Assembly: GCF_009914755.1 (NCBI RefSeq)
Contig: NC_060928.1
Direction: 5' to 3' (one strand)
Source: the human T2T-CHM13v2.0 reference genome, Homo sapiens
Length of the DNA stretch: 64,000 nt
The position numbers and the translations under genes were made by a program. Within the stretch, counting starts at the first letter, position 1; every line of letters begins with the position of its first letter. Positions 56,712 to 64,000 of this stretch are shown here, one piece after another. The notes under the pieces are model-generated. The model did not search any database. It saw only the letters and a program-made list of their open reading frames with translations, and had not been told where the DNA came from.

Positions 56712-57200
56712 TGTACTGTGATGTTGTTATTCTACCTGTGAGTGTTGGCTTGGAAAGGTAGGCTGTGCTGGGTGGCCATTGTTATGCCTGGAACTGCATG
56801 TACCAGATCCCCTCCCTCTTTGGTGTCAGATTAACGTTGGCCACAGGAAAAACATATGCACAGTTTGGAAGATAGAAGTGAATTAGCAACCATCACTTCT
56901 GAAGCTGTTTTTGCAGCTAGATGCAGTAAAAGAGAGATAGAGAGGCCAAAAGACCTCTGCACAAGGCCCCTTTTCTGGTTGTGAAAGCACATGGTTTCAC
57001 AGATTTACTAGTCTCTTTCTGTATCCTCCAACCCCCACCTCTCCTACACGTTTCAACCAGTCCTATAATAACTCAATATTCTATAGCACGGATAGTGACT
57101 CTACTCCATAACAAAGTCCTGACTGAGATAGGTTTTTGTTCACTGTTTTTCCTAAATGCCACCACTATGCCTGAGTTCAAGGAAAACATGAAGATTTTTC
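56712..57200 (+). mobile_element. Old ERVL-type LTR (LTR41-like)
   Basis: tgtactgtgatgttgttattctacctgtgagtgttggc...ggaactgcatgtaccagatcccctccc...gttggccacagg; family assigned from recall. Confidence 0.5.
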
Positions 57201-58837
57201 TACAATGTTGTTTGATTCCACACTCCCACATCTAGAAGCAGCAATCACAGGCAGATTGGCCAAATCCTGGATTTCTGGATGGATTGGATGTCGGTGATGG
57301 TCTGGACTTTTTCCCATCTCAACCTCAATGTCAGAAGGATGCCCTGCTAACCCTAGCATACTCATGGTTTTTGTGGGGGAGATTCAGGGAGCAGAAGCAC
57401 TTCTGGTTCACTATCTCTACATTTCTTATCATCTATAAAGGTTAATAATATTCATGCTACTCTTCTGGTACATAATCAATTCCCATTACCTTTGTATCAC
57501 GCCTGTTGTGATATCTTTTGAATTCTGAGATAAGATTTAGCATCTTTCTTCCGGCTGTCTTTCTGAAGATCATTGGGAAAATAAAATTAAATTAACCCCT
57601 GATGTGATGTCTAATGCATTTCATATTTAGTCTGCACAAATTATGACTTCACCTGTTCTAACTCAGGTGGTGAGTGTTGCTTAGTATAGGCTCTGGCTGT
57701 GATTTTACTCACTCAAAGGCTGCAATAGTTTTCTCAGGGTAGGGGAAGCAGATTCTAAGAAGATAGTGATAAATTGGCAAGGTGCCAGAGTACCAGATTA
57801 GTAGGTTAGGGTCCAGGTTCAGATTTTACTCTGATATAATGGGGTCAACACCATTTCTGTGTAATAGGTTGAGATGAGAATATAGGGATTCCGAGTCTGT
57901 GAGACTGCAGGGATGCCCAGGTGTCATCCAAAATAAGCTTGACATAATGTGTGAGAAGAGCAACTTCACACTGTACCACTGGATGCAGTTACAGCTTTTT
58001 ATATATGTGCTCCCTCCCGCCTCTCAGGTGGGAGGCATATATATATCCCTTCTGCATCAGGACAGACTGATGAAGGAAATGAAATGAGCCTTGGACTGCA
58101 GGGTTGTTTTTCAACGAGTAAAGCAAAGAAGCTGAGAAATGAGGCAGGGGCAGTGCCTGCTCACTGGCCTGCTTTCACTTTGGTATTGTCAATTATTCAA
58201 CAGTAATGAATACTAAATGCTGGAAAGTATCATTTTTTGTTCCACATTTTGAATACTCCTAAAATATCTCTCTTGTTTGTATTCACTATCTTAACCCTTT
58301 GAAATAATTTAGGAATTGAGTATCTCCTCTTTATCTTTTACATTTAAATATCTTCACACTTTTTAAAACAATTTTTTACACGTTTTGAAATGTTAATCAT
58401 CAGAATTCCTCTTACTGTGCTCCAGAAATAGTTCAGACCTACCTGGCATCCCATCTATACTTGAGTCCTAAACTAAAAACTGAGGTAAACACCCTTCCCC
58501 AGCCACACCGAATGATAAGAAAAGAACATTCTATATAGATAACTTCTGTCCTTTGTCCAAGAAGCTTAATTTGCATGGCCAGTACAAGAGAGGTGTTTTG
58601 TGGATACCTTGGCACTTTCTAGGGTAGATACTCATGATCTCTGTGTTGCTTATTCCGTACCCACTTGGACTGCCATCAACTTAAAATAACATAGAAAAAA
58701 TTGGCTACTGAATCCCTTTATCTGGGTCATTCCAAATTCAGCCACATCAATCCAGACAGGATGATTGCATCCAAAGCAAACCTACTTGTTCAACAATCTA
58801 TGATGTGAGTTTTGGATCTCTAGTAAAAATACATTTA

Positions 58838-59150
58838 CAGATGCTCCTTGACTTACGATAGGGTTATGTCCGGATAAACCCATTGTAACCTGAAAATATC
58901 ATAAGTTGAACATGCATTTAATAGACCTGACCTACAGATCATCATAGCTTAGCCAAGCCTACGTTACACATGCTCAGAACACGTCCATTACCTTATATTT
59001 GAGCAAAAATATCTAACATAATGCCTATTTTATAACAAAGGGTTGAATATCTTATATAATTTATTGAATACTGTACTGAATGTCTATAACTTTTGCACCA
59101 TTATAAAGACAAAAATCATATGCCAAAACATTTAAGTTAGGAACCATCTG
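58838..59150 (+). mobile_element. MER47A (TcMar-Tigger) MITE
   Basis: Terminal inverted repeats cagatgctccttgacttacga / taagttaggaaccatctg, flanked by TA duplication. Confidence 0.88.
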
Positions 59151-59179
59151 TATAAAGATGTCATACGGAATAAAAATGG

Positions 59180-59390
59180 TTAACAGTAATTGTCAGACAC
59201 TTTACATATATTTTCTCAGTATTATAAGTGATTTTACAGAGGTGAATTACACACATGTGAGTAAATTTACTGCCCATAAGGTTCACTAACAGGCTAATGG
59301 CTGTGTAACTGTTTCATGGTGTATCCAGGATTAGAAGCCTAAGCTATATGACTCCAGGTTTTGGCTCCTAACTCTGAACTTCACTACATT
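59180..59390 (-). mobile_element. MIR (diverged)
   Basis: cactttacatatattttctca...attttacagaggtg...ccaggattagaagcctaagctatatgactcca. Confidence 0.6.
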
Positions 59391-60239
59391 TCTACATTGC
59401 TCATTTTTGTTAGCTCCCACCTCGACAACCCATTATTGGTTTGTTAAGGCAAACACTTTTCATAAAACAATAAATAATCATAATGGTCCCTAGACCTCTT
59501 CTTTCTAAGAGGACTTAGGTTTGCAACATCCATATACTGACTAGGGGTGGGAAGCCTTGTAACACATCTAGTTTGCTGCCTCACCCGAGTAAGAATGCAG
59601 CAAATGGGACTTTTTGAAGAAAGAGATAAGATCTTTGAAAATATAAAACATTGGTTGCAAACAATTGATTTTCTGAAACCCTGCATTTTGTGTTTCTACT
59701 AAATTTTTCACTTAGGATAAAGAGAAATGAATACTCTATGATGTGAGAAAATCACTACCTAGTAGACCATGAGAAAAGGCATGGGAAATATCACTTGTAA
59801 TTCGCTTCCATCCTGTGATATCAGTCTCCATCAAAACAAGCACATGCCCTTACAGAAGGTGCTGTAAAACCTTCTGTGACACTATCAGACTAAAGTGGTT
59901 ATTTTAATTTTCAATGTAATAGGGGGATTACTTACCCCACACAATCAGATACATAATAAAAGCTTGGATAATCAGTGAAGCTTTGCAGCAATATCTGAGC
60001 TGTACTGTTTTGGTGATATTTGTTTGTTGTATACTATTGACTTCAACAAAAATGTACAATTTCTAAAATGAGAAAAATATGGAGCAAATCCTTTAAAATG
60101 AAAGTAAGTCTAGTAGTGAGAAGGTGTAATGAAGTGAGTTTCTATTTCATTCTAGGCTTCTCTAAGAGATTCAATCTGCTCATACACATAAGGATATTGA
60201 TACAAATGTTAACAATATCTGAAAGTTTATTTTTCATAT

Positions 60240-60450
60240 TTAAATGTCAATGTGCTAAATGTTTTACATATATTATATTTATTCTAACAACCTAATTAGG
60301 CCAATATTATACTTCTCATTTTACACATAAGGAAATCGTGGTTCAGAGTGGTTTACTAAATGCTCAATGTCATAATGCTATTATAGGTCTGGCACCATGT
60401 AAAATCGCATCCATCTGATCCCAAAGATTATACATTTAAATACTATTTCT
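60240..60450 (-). mobile_element. MIR
   Basis: tgtgctaaatgttttacata...cattttacacataaggaaatcgtggttcagagtgg. Confidence 0.75.
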
Positions 60451-60579
60451 GTACTCTAAACTGAAAACAAGTAAAAGCTGCACGCTTAGTACTGGTTCTT
60501 GTTTTCCCTGAATTTATTTGAACTAACTCCTTTCTACCCTATTTCCATTCCTTGTCTTAGCTGGTTTTCCAGCATCCCC

Positions 60580-61499
60580 ATATTAATTTTATGTGTCAAC
60601 TTGGCTAGGCCATGAGGTGCCCAGATATTTCATCAAACATTATTCTAGGTTTTTCCATGAGGATGTTTTTGGATGAGAATAACATTTAAGTTGTAGACAG
60701 AATAAAGCTGATTTCTCTTGCTAATGTGGATGGACCTCACATAACCATTTGAAGGTCTGAATAAATAAAAGGTCTGCCTCAGTAGGAGGGAAGTTCTCCT
60801 GCCCGGTTTCCTTTGAACTGAGACTTCAGTTTTATTGTTGTTTTTTCCCTGCCTTAAGACTCAAACTGCAACATTGGCTTCTCCTGGTCTTGAGCCCCCT
60901 GGCCTTCAAACTAGAACTCCAACATTGAATTTCTTGGCTCTCAGGCCTTCAGACTCAAACTGACACCTAATCATCTGCTCTCCTGGGTCTCCAGCTTGCC
61001 AACTCACCCTGCCTCAATAATCAGGTGAACCAATTCCTCATAGTGTCATATGTCACAAAAGAAGTTTCAGTCAACAATGAACTGCATATGTAACAGTGGT
61101 TCCGTAAGATTATATCATATTTTGACTCTATCTTTTCTATGTTTAGATATGTTTAGTATACAAATGCTTACCATTGTGTTACAGTTGCCTAAAGTATTCA
61201 GTACAGTCACATGCTGTACAGGTTTGTGGCGTAGGAGCAATAGGCTGTACTATATTAGCCTAGGTGGGTAGAAGGCTATACCATCTGAGTTTGGAGAAGT
61301 ACACTCTAGGATGTTTGCACAATGACAAAATCATCTAACAACACATTTCTCAGAATGTATCCCTGTGGTTAAGTGACACATGACTATAATAAAACTTTCT
61401 CTGTCTTGTCTCTCTCTTCCTTTCTCTTTTTCTCTCTCTCTCTCAATAGATAGATAGATAGTATTGGCTATTTTTCTCTGGGGAAATCTGACTGATACA
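60580..61499 (+). mobile_element. MLT2B-type LTR (ERVL) split by Tigger3
   Basis: taattttatgtgtcaacttggctaggccatgaggtgcccagat start; ends (TC)n/(GATA)n...tctctggggaaatctgactgataca. Confidence 0.85.
61043..61386 (+). mobile_element. Tigger3a/MER7A (TcMar-Tigger) MITE
   Basis: acagtggttccgtaagattata...aatgcttaccattgtgttacagttgcct...gttaagtgacacatgact. Confidence 0.85.
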
Positions 61500-61775
61500 C
61501 CATGTGACCCAGAACCTCGATTCATAGAAATATTGTTGATGCTTGTATCCTATTTGGACACATTGCTCTGGCTCTGTGTTGGCACTTCAATTCAAAGGAA
61601 TCTTGTAAACACTTTAAGAAGTTGAAACAAATAGGGAGGGGGTAAAATTAGGCTGTGTTTCAAAAGGCAGAGTGTCATGTTCAGAAACTCGGAGGCAGTC
61701 ATAGAACTCAAGAACACAGTAACAGGATAAAACCTTTGCCAAAATAGGTTGTTGGGAATATAAGACCTCATGCCC

Positions 61776-62428
61776 AAAATAGGAACAGTTTTACACTGTT
61801 GGTGGGAGTGTAAATTTGTTCAGCCATTGTGGAAGACAGTGTGGTGATTCCTCAAGGATGTAAAACCAGAAATACCATTTGGCCCAGCAATCCCATTACT
61901 AGGTATATACCCAAATAATTATAAATCTTTCTACTATAAAGACACATGCACATGTATGTTTATTGCAGCACTATTTACAATAGCAAACACTTGGGACCAA
62001 CCCAAATGCCCATCAATGATAGACTGGATAAAGAAAATGTGGCACATATACACAAAATGGAATACTATGCAGCCATACAAAAGAATGAATTCATGTCCTT
62101 TGCAGGGAAATGAATGAAGCTGGAAACCATCATCCTTAGCAAACTAACATGGGAACAGAAAACCAAACACCAAATGTTCTCATTCGTAAGTGGTAGTTGA
62201 ACAATGAGAACACGTGGACACAGGTAGGGGAACATCACACACTGGGGCCTGTGGGGGGTTGGGGGCAAGGGGAGGGAGAGCATTAGGACAAATAGGTAAT
62301 GCCTGTGGGGCTTAAAACCTAGATGACAGGTTGATTGGTGCAGCAAAGCACCATGGGACATGTATACCTAAGTAACAAGCCTACACATTCCGCACATGTA
62401 TCCCAGAACTTAAAGTAAAATAAAAAAA
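61776..62428 (+). mobile_element. 5'-truncated L1PA (PA7/PA8-like) 3' end
   Basis: ORF2 C-terminus and primate 3'UTR with G-rich tract ggggcctgtggggggttgggggcaaggggagggagag, gcttaaaacctagatgac, and an A tail. Confidence 0.92.
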
Positions 62429-63099
62429 TGGAAAAATCTTAAGATTGTTTATCTTCTATTTTTTATCATTTTGTCCTTTCTATTTTACCATGCAGCAGAT
62501 GTTCTTAACATCAAAGAGCTTGGAAGTCATAGTACAATGTTTTGGGAAATATCTCTGTGACCTATTCGTTATATTTATACGCAGATCTTTAATTCTCTAT
62601 GTCTATTTCATTGCCTACTTCTTAAGTTTTAATCTGCTTAAGTTCTTTGAGTCAATGCATTGCATGAATTCCTCAGTCTTCTAGTACATGATCTCTGGTT
62701 TCATGTAATGCATCCCTTCCAAATTTCTCTATATTCACTTTCATCCTAGACTTCTAGATCTGCAATGAGAATATTAAGTCTTTTTATTTAGAACCAGGAT
62801 TAAGATCATGCCTTCTCCAAGATTTTTATCCTAATTTTACGCTTAGAGTTGTGGCATTACCCTTAGGAAAGAAAAACAAAAGCTTAAATATATATCCTAT
62901 TTGACCTATCAGTTTTAATCTTTGCATATGCCAATAGAAGAAGAGATATATTAATAGATACTGGTGAACTTAAAAAAAATACTATGGACAAGCCTTTGTA
63001 TTCACAAGCTTAGAAAACGCAGACCAGTCATATACATTAATCCTATCCTGTGGTTCCACTAAATGAAGGTATGGTATACTCAGGAATTCAAAAGTATCT

Positions 63100-63188
63100 C
63101 AACTCATTTATGAGTTGTATTCTCAACAGAATTATGAAGAGTTTATGAATAAATTTGTTGGATTCTCAACAGAATCCAACTCATAAAT
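63100..63188. repeat. Nested inverted/direct repeat cluster
   Basis: Hairpins at 63100-63117 and 63157-63180; 17/18 inverted pair 63106-63123/63171-63188; 18/19 direct repeat 63114-63132/63157-63175. Confidence 0.9.
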
Positions 63189-63379
63189 CTCCCATGAGTG
63201 ATTTAGTTCAGAACAATGACACAAAGGTGTCTTTATGAAGATTTCTTGCATACTTCTTTTTATTGCTCTAATCTCTTTCTTTAATTCAACAGATGCATAT
63301 TTGCAATACAGATGGCAATGCAAATACATCTAAAAGAGTACTACTTTATTCAGCTAAAGTCTTTATCTTTAGTGTTGAT

Positions 63380-63700
63380 TCAGCAAAAAATACCCCCATT
63401 TCCCCAAATGTTTCATCCAAAAGTCTAGGGTTGATTTTCTCTATTTTTCCTACCAAACTCTAATTCCTCAAAAAGTAGTGGGCTACTTTTTATTTCAAAA
63501 ATCGATCTGAAGTTTATTTACTCTTTCTCCGGGAAATCTACTCCATTATAATTTTATTATCTTACATCTGGTCTAGTGCAGTAGCCTCCTAATTATTCTT
63601 TCTACTTTTGTATTCTTATAATTTATTCTTCAAGGACAAACCAGAATATATTAACATTTAAGTAAAATTAAGCTACTCCTTGGCTTACAACATTCCACTA
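63380..63700 (+). mobile_element. L2 fragment
   Basis: ttatcttacatctggtctagtgcagtagcctcctaatt is L2-like. Confidence 0.55.
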
Positions 63701-63705
63701 GATTT

Positions 63706-64000
63706 GTATTAGATTCTTATTGCTACTATAATGAGGTACCACAAAATCATTGAGTTAAAACAAAACAAATTCATTATCTAACAGTTCTGGAGATCTGAAT
63801 TCCAAAATAAATCTCACTGGGCTAGAATTTAGGTGTCAGCTAAGCTGCATTGCTTCTGGAGACTCTAGGGAGAATATGTTCTTGACTTTTGCAGCTTTTA
63901 GAGGCTGCTTGAACCCTTTCCATCTTCAAAGTCAACAGTGGAAGAACAAGTCTTTCACCATCTACATCATCTGACACTCACTCTTCTGCCTTCTGCTTCC
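63706..64000 (-). mobile_element. MLT1C/D LTR (runs off the window end)
   Basis: acagttctggagatctgaattccaaaataaatctcactgggctagaatttaggtgtcagc...tctggagactctagggagaat. Confidence 0.85.

Noticed and set aside
59852-59877. 9-bp hairpin acagaaggt/accttctgt
   Set aside because: A single stem of this length is expected by chance in 64 kb.
62243-62280. G-quadruplex-like tract
   Set aside because: Standard feature of the L1PA 3'UTR; not novel.

Overview
AT-rich, repeat-dense primate (human-like) genomic DNA, most likely intergenic or deep-intronic. I can support no protein-coding gene, tRNA, rRNA or CRISPR array; the supplied ORFs trace to Alu, L1, MaLR or microsatellite sequence, or are chance ORFs. 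Main contents: (1) nested old L1s at ~0.9-10.9 kb; (2) a degenerate ERV1 (MER4/MER34-group) provirus with readable integrase motifs and a 3' LTR at ~11-15.4 kb; (3) a solo MER50 LTR with 4-bp TSD; (4) an ERVL pol/dUTPase remnant; (5) four MaLR elements retaining internal sequence at 26-45 kb (MSTA, THE1C, MSTC/D, MLT1A-type); (6) 11 Alu copies or fragments, hAT/Tigger MITEs, L2 and MIR. I found no convincing novel biological system. The least-explained signals are two compact templated-rearrangement scars (2.9-3.2 kb and 63.1-63.2 kb), a closely spaced inverted Alu pair, and a TAATC homeodomain-site cluster in unique sequence near 49.5-49.85 kb. Repeat subfamily names come from my recall of consensus sequences, and boundaries without TSDs are approximate; RepeatMasker/Dfam should confirm them.
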